Positions 37,246 through 52,515 are shown, numbered from the stretch's first letter. The stretch: DNA of 64,000 bases from an uncultured Gemmatimonadales bacterium (GCA_963850905.1 CAWKMU010000003.1:1984001-2048000), one strand, 5' to 3'. Translations and numbers: made by a program. The notes: generated from the letters alone by a model not told the origin.

Positions 37246-38544
37246 GTGATGACGGTTCGCTACGTTGCCGGCCGAATGGGCGCCACGAGACTGTGGCGCC
37301 GCATCGAGCGCCTTCGCCGACACACTTCCCTGGTCGTGCTCGAGTACCACGCATGGCCCGACCAGGGGTATGCCATTCGGGTACTCGAGCCCCACGCACT
37401 CCCGGTACGCCTACGTCCTGGCGAGGCGGCCGCGCGGGTCTTGGCCGATGTCCCCGATGACGCGCGAACGGTGATGATGCACGTGGATGCCAGCCGAACC
37501 AATGGCTTCATCGCCCAGGCGCCCGCCCTGTGGGATGCCCTTCGTCACCGCGGGATACGCGTGCTCAACGCCCGCGCGACGGACATTCGCAAGAGCACGC
37601 TGCACGCGCGGTGCGAGGCGCTTGGCGTGCCATCGGCTCGCACCCCGCGCGACGGCGCGCCCGACGAGCGGGTCATCATCAAGACCAACCTGAACAGCGC
37701 CGGGGCGCCCGAGCGTCTCCTGGCTCGGCAGGCGAACGGATTGGGCCGCCAGTTCGCGCAGGAATTGAACGCCGGGATGCGCGATGCGTCTGACTACCGC
37801 ATTTGCCGGCGCGACGAGGTGCCGGCCACCGTATGGACCGACCCGACTCTCGTCGTCGAGCGGTTCATCAGCAATCCCGACGGTCTCTACTTCCGCGTCC
37901 ACACGGTCGGGCGTGCGACGTGCGTCGCCGAGATCTGGAACACGTTCGACATCAAGAAGGGGACCACGGGGGTGGTACGCCGGTTCAACCACTTCTACTG
38001 GAGGACGGCCGCCGGCGACGAGGCCGTGGGCCCCTCCCACGAGACAGCGGGACGAGTGGCGGCCCTCGTGCGCCGGGTCCACGACGGGATGGGCATCGAC
38101 TATGGCGCCACCGACTGCGTCATGGACGACACGACGGGTGAGCTGGTCGTCGTCGACGCCAACAAGACGCCGGGCGCAGGCTCCATGGCCAAGAGACCCG
38201 ACATCGTCGAACACCTCCGGCGAGGGTTCGACGACTTGCTCGCCCGGCCAACGACCTGTTCGAACCCTTCCGCCTCACGCATCGTCGCCGCGAAAGAGCA
38301 GATCGAACGTGTCGTCGACCCCTTTCCGCCGGGCGAATTCGCGCAAGGCGAAATAGGGAATGAAGGCGAGGAAGATCACCAGCGACCGCGCCGTGATCTC
38401 CTCCCACCCGAGATGCGCCAGGACCCGCAGCGTCTCCCGCGCGGGGTGACCGTGGATCAATCCTTCGATGGCCTTCTCGACCACGGTAACGAAGAAGACG
38501 AAGACGCCGTAGATCGCCGCCAAGCGCATCGTTCGGATGATTAA
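37246..38544 (+). CDS. Hypothetical protein with ATP-grasp-like features; the 3' 270 nt overlap the opposite gene
   Basis: DIRKS.L, VIIKTNLNS.G, LVVERFI, GIDYGATD, VVDANKTPG resemble RimK-like motifs. Confidence 0.5.
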   Translation: MMTVRYVAGRMGATRLWRRIERLRRHTSLVVLEYHAWPDQGYAIRVLEPHALPVRLRPGEAAARVLADVPDDARTVMMHVDASRTNGFIAQAPALWDALRHRGIRVLNARATDIRKSTLHARCEALGVPSARTPRDGAPDERVIIKTNLNSAGAPERLLARQANGLGRQFAQELNAGMRDASDYRICRRDEVPATVWTDPTLVVERFISNPDGLYFRVHTVGRATCVAEIWNTFDIKKGTTGVVRRFNHFYWRTAAGDEAVGPSHETAGRVAALVRRVHDGMGIDYGATDCVMDDTTGELVVVDANKTPGAGSMAKRPDIVEHLRRGFDDLLARPTTCSNPSASRIVAAKEQIERVVDPFPPGEFAQGEIGNEGEEDHQRPRRDLLPPEMRQDPQRLPRGVTVDQSFDGLLDHGNEEDEDAVDRRQAHRSDD

Positions 38545-38817
38545 CGGGACGCCTTGCCGTCCGCTCCCTCCGAGCTTCAGCCACCCGCCGATCATGATCG
38601 TCTTGGCAATCACGAGTGCGGTCACGAGGCTTGTCCCGAACTGCACCACGACACTCGTGTCGAGCAGCTCTTTGGTGATCAGTGCTCGATAGGCCGCAAA
38701 CGTGCAGAGGAAGAGCGCCAAGTAGGCGGCGTTGACGAACCACTCGCGCAGCTCGTCGGTCGCTTTCGACTTTATGGCCGCTCTCTTCGAGCTGGCCGGA
38801 TGTGTCGCGTCCGCCAC
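38275..38817 (-). CDS. Hypothetical membrane protein
   Basis: Four hydrophobic segments (ALVIAK, FIPYFA.RE). Confidence 0.65.
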   Translation of the reverse strand: MADATHPASSKRAAIKSKATDELREWFVNAAYLALFLCTFAAYRALITKELLDTSVVVQFGTSLVTALVIAKTIMIGGWLKLGGSGRQGVPLIIRTMRLAAIYGVFVFFVTVVEKAIEGLIHGHPARETLRVLAHLGWEEITARSLVIFLAFIPYFALREFARRKGVDDTFDLLFRGDDA

Positions 38818-39050
38818 GCCGGATACTAGGCTGCGGATCGCGGCCGGTCTGTAGAGACAAAGGTCAGGGTTCGCGCGGGTCCTACCGACATTCGATACCC
38901 CGACGTACCCGGGGCTGGTGATGCCGTCGTTGCCTCAAGCGTGCTCCGCCGCTCGTTGCCTCGACGCGAGGGGTCCCAGGTGAAATGGTCTGGCCGCGTG
39001 CGCAACCGAGCGTAGCTTCCGAGCGTATCCGCATCGGGTGGGACCTCCCG

Positions 39051-40615
<1,565 letters not shown>

Positions 40616-40695
40616 AGCCGATCGGCGGCGCATACGCTGGCGTCGAAGGGTGATGGCGTGCGGCGAGTATATTGCCCCCGCATGGTGCTTGCGGA

Positions 40696-41826
40696 ATGGT
40701 GACCGTCACTGCGCCGCCGGCTGACGTCGGCATGGCTCTGGAGGAGATCGATACTCCCGCCCTGCTGCTCGATCTCGACGCGTTCGAGTACAACCTCGCC
40801 CTCATGGCCGACGAGGTCGCGCGCGCGGGCGTCACGCTGCGCCCGCATGGCAAGGCGCACAAATGCGCCGAGATCTCGCGCCGACAGATCGCGCTCGGCG
40901 CCGTCGGCGTGTGCTGTCAGAAGGTGAGCGAGGCGGAGGCCTTCGTCGACGCCGGTGTCTTGAATGTGCTCGTGAGCAACGAGGTCGTGGCGCCGCCAAA
41001 GCTGGATCGGCTTGCAACCCTCGCGCAGCGCGCGGTCGTCGCCGTATGCGTCGACGACCCGTCGGTCGTGCCAGCGTTGAGTTCAGCGGCTGGCCGCGCG
41101 GGTGTCGTCCTCGATGTATTGGTCGAGATCGACGTAGGCGGTCTGCGATGTGGCCAACTCCCAGGGGAGCCGGCTGTGCGATTGGGTGAGCTGGTCGCGA
41201 GCGCCCGCCATCTGCGACTGCGAGGCCTGCAAGCGTATCAAGGCCGCGCACAACACATCCGCCCCTACGTCGAGCGACGAGCGGCGATCGAGAAAGCCGC
41301 CGGGGCGGCCTGTCTCACGGTGGACATGTTCCGCGCCCGTGGCTTGGCGTGCGAGGTGGTAGGGGGAGCGGGGACGGGGACGTACGCGTTCGAAGCAGCG
41401 AGTGGTGTGTATACCGAGGTGCAGCCTGGCTCATACATCTTTATGGACGGGGACTACGCGCAGGATCTGGACGAGTCGGGAACGCCGGTCTCGCGCTATC
41501 GGCACAGCCTCTTCGTGTACACACAGGTGATGAGTGCACCGGGGCGCGGCCTGGCGATCGTGGACGCCGGGCTCAAGTCGATCGCGTTCGATTCCGGAAT
41601 GCCCTGGGTGGCAGATCGACCCGAGGTGTCGTACAGCCGTCCGTCGGACGAGCATGGTGTGCTCGACGTGCGGGGTGTGACTGCGGGATTCGAGTTGGGC
41701 GCCAAGCACAGGCTCATCCCGGGCCACTGTGACCCGACGGTGAACCTTCACGATTGGTACGTCTGCATCCGAAACGGACGCGTGGAGTGCCTGTGGCCCG
41801 TCGTCGCACGCGGGGCGAGTTCGTAG
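40696..41826 (+). CDS. DSD1-family PLP enzyme (D-threonine aldolase / 3-hydroxy-D-aspartate aldolase-like)
   Basis: IDTPALLLD, LRPHGKAHK, GAGTG, EVQPGSYIFMD, DAGLKS, SDEHG, PGHCDPTVN. Confidence 0.88.
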   Translation: MVTVTAPPADVGMALEEIDTPALLLDLDAFEYNLALMADEVARAGVTLRPHGKAHKCAEISRRQIALGAVGVCCQKVSEAEAFVDAGVLNVLVSNEVVAPPKLDRLATLAQRAVVAVCVDDPSVVPALSSAAGRAGVVLDVLVEIDVGGLRCGQLPGEPAVRLGELVASARHLRLRGLQAYQGRAQHIRPYVERRAAIEKAAGAACLTVDMFRARGLACEVVGGAGTGTYAFEAASGVYTEVQPGSYIFMDGDYAQDLDESGTPVSRYRHSLFVYTQVMSAPGRGLAIVDAGLKSIAFDSGMPWVADRPEVSYSRPSDEHGVLDVRGVTAGFELGAKHRLIPGHCDPTVNLHDWYVCIRNGRVECLWPVVARGASS

Positions 41827-41891
41827 CTACGTCCGAGCGCTTATACGCCGCCGCCAACCGCCGACCTTTGTCACCATGACACCCTGTCCCT

Positions 41892-43830
41892 TCAACGTGG
41901 ATCGAGGCCAGCCAGCCAGGCTTGCCGCCTCGCGCGTTGGTCTGGACTCACTTCTGCGGCATCGACGAAGCGCACACGCGGGCGCTGGTATCCGCGCACG
42001 TCCACCCGCACCCGCGTCGTATCGTTGGCGCGCACGATGTCGACAAACGTCGACGCGTGTCCTTGGTCGTCGAGGCGGAGCCGAGCGAGTGCAGCCTGCA
42101 GCTCCGCATAGCTGTGAACCGCCCGGCCATTGATGTCGAGCAGCCAATCGCCCGTGCGGAGCCCAGCGGCTGCCCAACATGTCGAAGGGTTCCGGACAAC
42201 GATGAGCGGCCGTGCCGGATCGTCGAAATCAACGTTCAGTCGCCGATCCGGCAGGCCGCCGCCGGTGGAATCGGTCGCGGCGACGGAGTCGACAACGGCG
42301 CGTAATCCCAGCCGTCCGAGAACCGGTGTCACATTGATCGGACCGAGACCACGGACCTCGCGCGCGAAGAGTGCATTCGAGCCGGCAGTGGCAGACCGAG
42401 TCCGCCACCTGCTCGAATTCCGCAGGGGTGTAGCCGCGGAACCCTCGCCCGTCGGGCGCGGCGGTGCGCGCGCGCATCGCTCTCATGACGTCATCGAGCC
42501 CACGATGCTCGTGGGTCGAGTCGAGAATCAGGGCATCGAGCACGTCGCCGAGCAATTCACCCTGGAGGTAGTAGCCGCCTGTGGCGTCGGGATTGTCCAC
42601 GGGTGAATCCTCGAATGCGAGGCTCGCCTGCGCGGGCGAGACGGTGTGGAGCACCGGGGATGCGTCATAGTTCTGCGCGAGCGTCTGGAGATGCTCGAGC
42701 CGAGAGGGCGCCGTGTCCGCGATGCCGGCGCGACGAGGCAGAACGTCGGCGTAATACAGTGTGATGCCTTCCCCGATCCACAGGCTCGGTGTTCGCGACG
42801 GAGGGCGGTAACTGAGGGCGTTGTAGCCGGCAGGATGCAGCGCTACGAGGTTCCATGTGTGGACGAACTCGTGTGCGATCTCAGTGGTCGACGCTCCTGG
42901 ATCGCGCGCCAGCTGCTCACTGGGCACACCGATCGTGACCGATGCCCCGTGCTCGAGCGCATCCCACGCACCGTCCTGAATGAGGAACCAGTAGTCGCGC
43001 GAGGCCGGGGGCGGCCCAAAGGCGAGCGCCGCGGTGTGCGCGAGTCGTCGCAGGCGGTCCACGAAGCGCGTCGTGTCGAACGCAGGGGCCTCCGGGAGCG
43101 GCCAATACGCGACATGGTACGTCGTGCCCTGGTCGATGAAGTCCCACCGCTTGAAGTGCCCAACGAGGATCGGGGAATCCAGGAACGTGTGCGCGTTGGA
43201 TGCTGTGCGCACGGTCTGCATGCCTTGCTGGTAGAGTGCCGTTGCGATGTGCCAAGACTGGGGTGTACGGAGGGCCAGCGTGATGGGACTTGCGGACAAC
43301 TCGGGCACGTAGAGAAAAAAATCGGGCGGGTTGATGAATGCACCGTCGTCGCGCGCATATGGGAGCCAGGCCCGGCGCAGCCCGGTGGGAGCGGGCTGGA
43401 TGTGCACTCGGTACCGGATCTCACCCGCACCCCCGCACCCGTCCACGCGCCACAGCGTACTGTCTTCGCGGACCACCGTCCCCGCTCGGCCGCCTGCGCA
43501 GGCGATCCGCATTTCGTCGAGGTATCGCCAGTATTTGGCGTCGTACTCGGCGTGGACCTTCATCGCGACGTGGAAGGTGGCTGGTGCGCCGCTCACCCGA
43601 ATCCGCACGTCGGCGACATCGAGGTGAGCCGAGTCGAGCGTCAGCACATAGCCGATCTGCGATAGCGGCGCGGCGTCGTCTCCAGAGCCCTTCGCAACGT
43701 TGAGCGCCGGGTACCGCTCCGCGCCTGCGGCCCAGACCGCCACGGCCTGAGGGGCAATACGAGGCGGCGGATCAGTCGCCACAATGAGTGCGATCCCGGC
43801 TATCGCCAGACCGATGCTTTTTTGCCCAGG
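41892..43830 (-). pseudogene. M61-family metallopeptidase with C-terminal PDZ, split by a +1 frameshift near 42376; start uncertain
   Basis: LDSPI, ALEH, AHEFVHTWN, LWIGEGIT.YY, YYLQG, then PDZ AAAGLRTGD.LL.ING in ORF 41892-42332; removing one base joins the two frames. Confidence 0.72.
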
Positions 43831-43972
43831 TGCTAGCGACGTATTCTCTGGCGAGCGCAGGGCCCCTTTCTTTGAGCGCCGCTGCGCCACGCGTTGCTTT
43901 ATACCGCGCAACGCGCCGGCCCAGGAGAGAGCCGTGCCGGCCGACCCGAGAGCCGGTACCCGACGGTCTCCG

Positions 43973-44143
43973 TTATCGATCGTAGTATCGACCGTTGACT
44001 TCGTCGCCGATGATCGCAAAGGCCGCCCGGGATGTCGCCAGGGGATCGGACTTCCAGGAGAAGTCGATCGACGGCACGACAATCTCCGCCTGGAGGGCGT
44101 CCCGGCGAGTATGCATGTGCGACAACCGGATGAGCGTGGTCAT
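43973..44143 (-). CDS. Possible 56-aa small protein
   Basis: ATG at 44143 preceded by GAGGA; MTTLIRLSHMHTRRDALQAEIVVPSIDFSWKSDPLATSRAAFAIIGDEVNGRYYDR. Confidence 0.35.
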   Translation of the reverse strand: MTTLIRLSHMHTRRDALQAEIVVPSIDFSWKSDPLATSRAAFAIIGDEVNGRYYDR

Positions 44144-44159
44144 TCTGGATCCTCGGTGC

Positions 44160-46289
44160 CTACTCCAGGTTCATCTGCCGCAGCAACACGCGAAATCTGG
44201 GATGCTTTTGGAGCGGGGCCAAAAGGAACGAGCCCTTGATGCCATAAACCGGGCCTGTGCGGGATGCCACCGCACGCTCGAGCCAGTCTATCGCCCGGTC
44301 GAACTCACCGAGGCCGGTGTAGACGTATGCGAAATAGTAGGGTGAGATAAAGCTGGCTCGTGCCCGATTCTCGAGCTCCAGGAGTATCGCTCGCGCCTTC
44401 TTGGTGTTGCCGGCCATGCCATACGCCTCACCCAATTGGCCCATCCACCCGGGGTGGTTGCGAGACAACTCCACCGCTTGCTCCAACTGGGCCAAGCCCT
44501 CATCCCGCCTGCCACTGAGAAAGTAGGCCCAGCCGAGTGTTGCCCGCGTACGGTTATGACCAGGATCCAGGGCCTTCGCAGACTCGGCTTCAGCAACGGC
44601 CTCAGGGTATCGCCCGGCGCGCAACAGCGCCGTGACGAGATCCATCCGGTGAACGAGCGGATCCAATTCGCGAGCCCTCGTGTGCAGCGTGATGGCCTCA
44701 TCGTAGCGCGCGAGGGCCGCGCAGAACCGTCCGTAGAGATTGTGCGTATGCGCGTGGCTCGGGCCCAGTGCCAACGCCCGCTTGAACCCCTCCTCGGCTC
44801 CAGACCAGTCGAACTCGCGCACCGCCTTGAGGTGGCCCATCGTGCAATGCGCGGCGCCCAGCAGGGGATCGAGCTGCAGCGCCCTCCTCGCCGCTTCCGT
44901 CGCGCGGCCATACGCAACGTCGGGTGCCATGGCACCATCCTCGGCCAACTCGGTGTACGCCATGGCCAGGTGGGCCCAGGCGAGGGCAAACCCCGGATCG
45001 CGCGCGATCGCCCGGTCAAAGAGATCAATCGAGCGCGTAATCGCTTCTATGTTGTACTCGATGAAGCAGTGCCGGGCCTGCAGAAACAGCTGGTACGCGT
45101 GGATGTCTCGCGTCGGCTCCATCCGCACGCGTGCCTGCTCGTCTGGTGACAGCTCCGCTTTGAGCGACGCCGCAATCTGAAGCGCGACATCGGTCTGCAC
45201 CGAGAAAATGTCGCTCAGTTGTCCGTCATACGTGTCGGCCCACAGGTGCTGATCCGTCTCGACATCGATCAGCTTCGCGACGACGCGCACGCGATCTCCG
45301 ACGCGGCGAATGCTTCCGTCGAGTACTGTCGCCGTTCCGAGGGTTACCCCGATCTCCTTGAGGCTCTGTCGTCGTACCTTGAACCGGACGACCGAGGTAC
45401 CGGCAATCACCTTGAGCGCGCGGATCTTCGACAAATGTGCGATGACATCCTCGGTGATCCCGTCCCCTAAGTGCTCCCGCTCGTGCTCGTGATCTGCACT
45501 CAGGTCAAGGAAGGGGAGCACCGCGACAGATGAGGGCCGCGGGCCGCCGGGTGCGGCAAGGCGTGCCTGACGCTTCGCCCCTGCCTCCCGCAACTGCTTC
45601 GCGAGCGCTACGACGCCCTCGTCTGGCTCGAGACCGAGGTCCGCGCGCAGACGTTGCGCGTGCTCACTGGCATGCTGGATCGCGCCCGCCCGGTCGCCCG
45701 CGGCGTCGAGCGCCTGTATCAACACTTGTGCGTTTTTTGCCGAGTGCGGATCGGCAGCCACCAACTTGAGGCACGTGCGCACCCTGCCATGCACATCCCC
45801 AGACTCCTCTTGACGCTCCGCAAGCGCGAAGAGCGCGCCGACGTAGGCGTGGGCCAGCTCATTTCGGCGTTCATCGAGCCAGTACGTGAACTCGATTGAA
45901 TCGCCCAGGTGAAAGCCATCCAGCAGCGAGCCGGTGTAGAGCTGCACGACACGCTCGCACGAGTCGGCCGCGATCGCCGCGCGCAAATCGTGTAGGTCGC
46001 AAGTCACTGCGTTGGGGTTGAAGAGCAGTCCGTCGCCTGTCGACGCAATCACGCGTTCGCCGAGCGCCGACCGCAGGACGTGTACGGCGAGATTGAGCAG
46101 CCGACGCGAGTTGGCCACGTCTCGCTCGGGCCACAGCAGGGCCATCGCACGGTCGCGGGAGATCGGCTGCGGCCACGCTGAAACGATGAGCGTCAACAGC
46201 GCAATGCGGTGACGCTGTGCCGGCGGCCCACCGACGGGAGCATCGCCGGAACGGAGACACGCGCCGCCGAGCAGTTGAACCGTGATCAT
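44160..46289 (-). CDS. SARP/BTAD transcriptional regulator fused to a TolB-like domain and TPR repeats
   Basis: ITVQLLG, SRDR..ALLWPE, LYTGSLLDGF, SVAVLPF, GITEDVI, HLWADTYD, TPRs, C-terminal LAPLQKHPRF. Confidence 0.82.
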   Translation of the reverse strand: MITVQLLGGACLRSGDAPVGGPPAQRHRIALLTLIVSAWPQPISRDRAMALLWPERDVANSRRLLNLAVHVLRSALGERVIASTGDGLLFNPNAVTCDLHDLRAAIAADSCERVVQLYTGSLLDGFHLGDSIEFTYWLDERRNELAHAYVGALFALAERQEESGDVHGRVRTCLKLVAADPHSAKNAQVLIQALDAAGDRAGAIQHASEHAQRLRADLGLEPDEGVVALAKQLREAGAKRQARLAAPGGPRPSSVAVLPFLDLSADHEHEREHLGDGITEDVIAHLSKIRALKVIAGTSVVRFKVRRQSLKEIGVTLGTATVLDGSIRRVGDRVRVVAKLIDVETDQHLWADTYDGQLSDIFSVQTDVALQIAASLKAELSPDEQARVRMEPTRDIHAYQLFLQARHCFIEYNIEAITRSIDLFDRAIARDPGFALAWAHLAMAYTELAEDGAMAPDVAYGRATEAARRALQLDPLLGAAHCTMGHLKAVREFDWSGAEEGFKRALALGPSHAHTHNLYGRFCAALARYDEAITLHTRARELDPLVHRMDLVTALLRAGRYPEAVAEAESAKALDPGHNRTRATLGWAYFLSGRRDEGLAQLEQAVELSRNHPGWMGQLGEAYGMAGNTKKARAILLELENRARASFISPYYFAYVYTGLGEFDRAIDWLERAVASRTGPVYGIKGSFLLAPLQKHPRFRVLLRQMNLE

Positions 46290-46514
46290 CGTCCCTCGGT
46301 TCCCAGCTAATCCGTAGCTAACTCTGAGCGCAAGAACCCGCTAATCGGTTCACGTCATACTTCGCCCGCGGGACCAAACATAACCCACACCGGACGACGG
46401 GACGATGTCGCCTTCGGGTCACTGCTGCGATTTGTACGGACAGAGGCGTCGTGCATCTCGCTCAATGTTTGGCGCGGCAGAAAAAACACAAAACCCACAC
46501 CAGATGAGGATACC

Positions 46515-47126
46515 ATGAAACGACCCGTCCACCTACTTGCCGGCATGGCACTGCTGAGTGCGTGCGGCGGCGAGCAAATCCCCACCGAAGCTACCACCCA
46601 CACTCAATCGTCGACAGCCGCCACAGCCGCGAGAGCCGTGACAGCGGAGTCGAGAGAAATGGATCGCGGTAGGCATTCCACGCTGGGTGAAGAGCTCGCG
46701 ACGATCCGTCGGGTGACGGCGCCGTTTCACGACTTCGCCGTGGCACAGAGCGCCGGATGGTCCACAGAGATCACAGCGTGCCTGGTGAATCCAGATGGTC
46801 CGGGCGCAATGGGCTTCCACTACGGTAAGACTGCCCTCATCGACGGCACCGCTCACGTAGACAGGCCGCAACTGCTGCTGTACGAGCCGGAGAAGAACGG
46901 CCGACTCCGTCTCGTGGCTGTGGAGTACATCATTCCCTACAGCTTCCACAGCCGCGATGCCGCGCCGCCCGTCCTCCTCGGTCAACAGTTTCTGCAATTC
47001 GACGCGTTTCAGGTGTGGGGTCTCCACGCGTGGGTATGGAAGGACAACCCAGCCGGCGTGTTCGCTCCCTGGAACACGCGGGTGTCGTGCAGCAACACCG
47101 ACGATGTCTCCGCCATGCGTCACTAG
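46515..47126 (+). CDS. Hypothetical lipoprotein
   Basis: RBS gagga, lipobox LLSAC, AMGFHY, LLYEP, LVAVEY, LHAWVWKDNP.G.F..WN. Confidence 0.7.
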   Translation: MKRPVHLLAGMALLSACGGEQIPTEATTHTQSSTAATAARAVTAESREMDRGRHSTLGEELATIRRVTAPFHDFAVAQSAGWSTEITACLVNPDGPGAMGFHYGKTALIDGTAHVDRPQLLLYEPEKNGRLRLVAVEYIIPYSFHSRDAAPPVLLGQQFLQFDAFQVWGLHAWVWKDNPAGVFAPWNTRVSCSNTDDVSAMRH

Positions 47127-47156
47127 GTCGACCCGACACCTCGACTGGAGAACCCC

Positions 47157-47459
47157 ATGCCGAAGTACATCATCGAGCGAGAGATTCCGAACGCGGCGGC
47201 CCTCTCGCCGGCGGAGTTGCAAGCGATCTCGCAGCGCTCCTGCGCCGTCCTGCGCGAGCTCGGTCCTAGCATCCAGTGGGTGCAGAGCTACGTGACCGAG
47301 GACAAGATCACCTGCGTGTATATCGCCCCCAACGCCGATCTCATCCGGTCGCACGCGCAGCTCGGAGGATTCCCGGCGGATCGTGTGTTGGAGATAGCGA
47401 CGATCATCGACCCGACGACCGCGGAGTCGAACGCGCTCGCCGCCACGGCGAAGGCATAG
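47157..47459 (+). CDS. DUF4242-family protein
   Basis: MPKYIIEREIP, IQWVQSYV..DK..CVY.AP....IR.HA..GGFPAD. Confidence 0.8.
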   Translation: MPKYIIEREIPNAAALSPAELQAISQRSCAVLRELGPSIQWVQSYVTEDKITCVYIAPNADLIRSHAQLGGFPADRVLEIATIIDPTTAESNALAATAKA

Positions 47460-47537
47460 CGAGTGGGCGTTCGCCGACGGCGCCTCCGAGGGGACACCCC
47501 GTCGTCGAGCGGAGCGGAGCTAAAGGGCCGCAGGATG

Positions 47538-47569
47538 ACGAAGGCCAGCGACGTGTCGCTGGCCTTCGT
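47538..47569. terminator. Hairpin between convergent genes
   Basis: acgaaggccagcgac-gt-gtcgctggccttcgt, a 15-bp perfect stem. Confidence 0.55.
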
Positions 47570-47605
47570 GACGTGCGCTGAACGTACGGTCGTGCAACGA
47601 GGACG

Positions 47606-49222
47606 TTACTGGCAGCTCAGCGTGTAGCTGCCTCCTCGTCCAGCGGCTTCCGCTATAGGGACAGGGAGGAGCGTCGTGTGCAGGTCCGGGAACGAACCTT
47701 CTGACTTGTCAGCAGTGGCCTTGGCTGCAGCATCGGGTCCCTGGGTGGCGTCCCACGTGGTATCGGCGACAGCCGCCAGTCCATACATGCGAATCGCGAT
47801 GTCTCTGTCGCCACCCGCCTCGAGCACACTCGTGATGCGCTGCTCCTTCATGAGGGAGTCGCGGACCGCGGTGTACGTCGCCGCAATGTTGAGAGGAGTC
47901 GCGAAGCCGCCTGCTTGCTGGTGCACGTCGTTGATGAGCGTGATTGCCGCCGCGTACTGGCCCAGGCCGAGTTGAATCTGCGCATCTACGAGCGCCAGCT
48001 CGTCGTTCCGGACGATCGGGATCGGTGCCGCTGGTGTTCCATAATAGTTATAGATGTATGGCGAGGCTGAGCCGGCGAACGACGGCTGCGACACGGGCAG
48101 GTTGGGGTTCCCTGAGAACTTGGCCGCCCAACGCGCGTCGTGAACGGTGTCCACGTCCGCGACCAGATCCCACAGCACGGCCATCGTGCCGATGTTCGAG
48201 TTGACCGGGTTGACCAGGTCACCCGACTGCGGGCTGAACGCGTGATAGACACCGTACGGATCATTGGCTGAAAAGCCGCCTACGACAGGCAGCGTAATAT
48301 TTGAGGGGCTGAACAGTGCCGAGGCCTTGATGGCGCTGTCCGCACGTGTGAGTGCTGGGATATTCGGCGATCCGGCGCTGGTGGGCGTGGGTGCCGCACC
48401 GGTCCCCCGTGCGATCGCATAGGCCAACTCGAGTCCCGCTTTCGCCGCGAGGGCTCGGTTAAACGCGGCGAATGCGCCCGGTGTCGTGCTGGGCCCCGCG
48501 CTGTTCGACACGGAACTGAAGCCAGGCGGGAGGCTCACCGGCAGCGCGACGGATCCCGCGGCGTTGAGGACCGTGTTACCGGAATCGAGGAGCGCTACGA
48601 TGTACGCCCAGACGTCCTTGTTGCACAGCATGGGCGCTGGCGTCGTCCCTGTCGACGTAATGGACGCTATCGAAACGCCCCCCGTGTCGTGGGTCTCCGC
48701 GACCATCATGAACATGAGCGCCTTCATGGTTTGCGCAACCCCGATGATTGCCTGCTGCTGCGGCGTCGTGTAGGGCGGCGCAACGGTTGGTATCGAGGCG
48801 ATGATCGAGTTCGCGAACTTCGCGGTGCGGTACTCATCGTCCCAGATCGCTGCGCCCCAAAATCCGTCATTGCTCGTAATCGGAATGACGCCCGTCCCCA
48901 TCGTCACCCATCGAGGCTCGGTATTCACGAAGTTGGCGGCGTCGCGAGCCATCGTGGACATGAAAATCGCGTACAGCCCGACGTCGTTCCGGCTCGCCCC
49001 AAAAAGCCCGGTAACGGCGTTTTGCACGCCGGTCGGGGTGTTCGAGACGGAGGTCGGAGCGATGAGGTCCGGGACGTTACTGTCTTTGCAGCCCACCATG
49101 ACGGCGAGGGCGATTGCTCCAATGCATGCAGCGGCACGGGCTCTGGTCCGGCGGATCGAACGAGCCCGCGGGCGCGCCACCGCTCTATCGTCCTGATTGG
49201 TATACATCTCGTTGAATGTCAT
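47606..49222 (-). CDS. SusD/RagB-family lipoprotein
   Basis: Lipobox VMVGC, directly downstream of SusC, IPIVRNDEL.L..A, LMKEQR...EAG.R..IRMYG. Confidence 0.78.
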   Translation of the reverse strand: MTFNEMYTNQDDRAVARPRARSIRRTRARAAACIGAIALAVMVGCKDSNVPDLIAPTSVSNTPTGVQNAVTGLFGASRNDVGLYAIFMSTMARDAANFVNTEPRWVTMGTGVIPITSNDGFWGAAIWDDEYRTAKFANSIIASIPTVAPPYTTPQQQAIIGVAQTMKALMFMMVAETHDTGGVSIASITSTGTTPAPMLCNKDVWAYIVALLDSGNTVLNAAGSVALPVSLPPGFSSVSNSAGPSTTPGAFAAFNRALAAKAGLELAYAIARGTGAAPTPTSAGSPNIPALTRADSAIKASALFSPSNITLPVVGGFSANDPYGVYHAFSPQSGDLVNPVNSNIGTMAVLWDLVADVDTVHDARWAAKFSGNPNLPVSQPSFAGSASPYIYNYYGTPAAPIPIVRNDELALVDAQIQLGLGQYAAAITLINDVHQQAGGFATPLNIAATYTAVRDSLMKEQRITSVLEAGGDRDIAIRMYGLAAVADTTWDATQGPDAAAKATADKSEGSFPDLHTTLLPVPIAEAAGRGGSYTLSCQ

Positions 49223-49224
49223 GG

Positions 49225-52206
<2,982 letters not shown>

Positions 52207-52515
52207 TCGCCCTCCTGTCGCGAGCAATACCTGGCACTGGGCCCGGCATGCCTCGCGTGCAGACCAGGCCACCTTCACGATTGCCTGCGGCGCGTAAACA
52301 GGTGCGCTACGGCGAATCGGCAACGGTGGCGAAAGGCACGGAAACTGTCAAGCACGAATTGACAGAGTTCCCCTCGCGTGCGCGTCGCGCTCACGGGGCG
52401 GGCGGCGCGGCGCCGGCCCTGGCAGCGCAGAAAGGGCAAGGAAAAGGAGAGAGGAGACAACAAGCGCCGCGTCAATGAGCGCGGGATTGGCCTCCACGCG
52501 GCTGGACGCGCTGCC

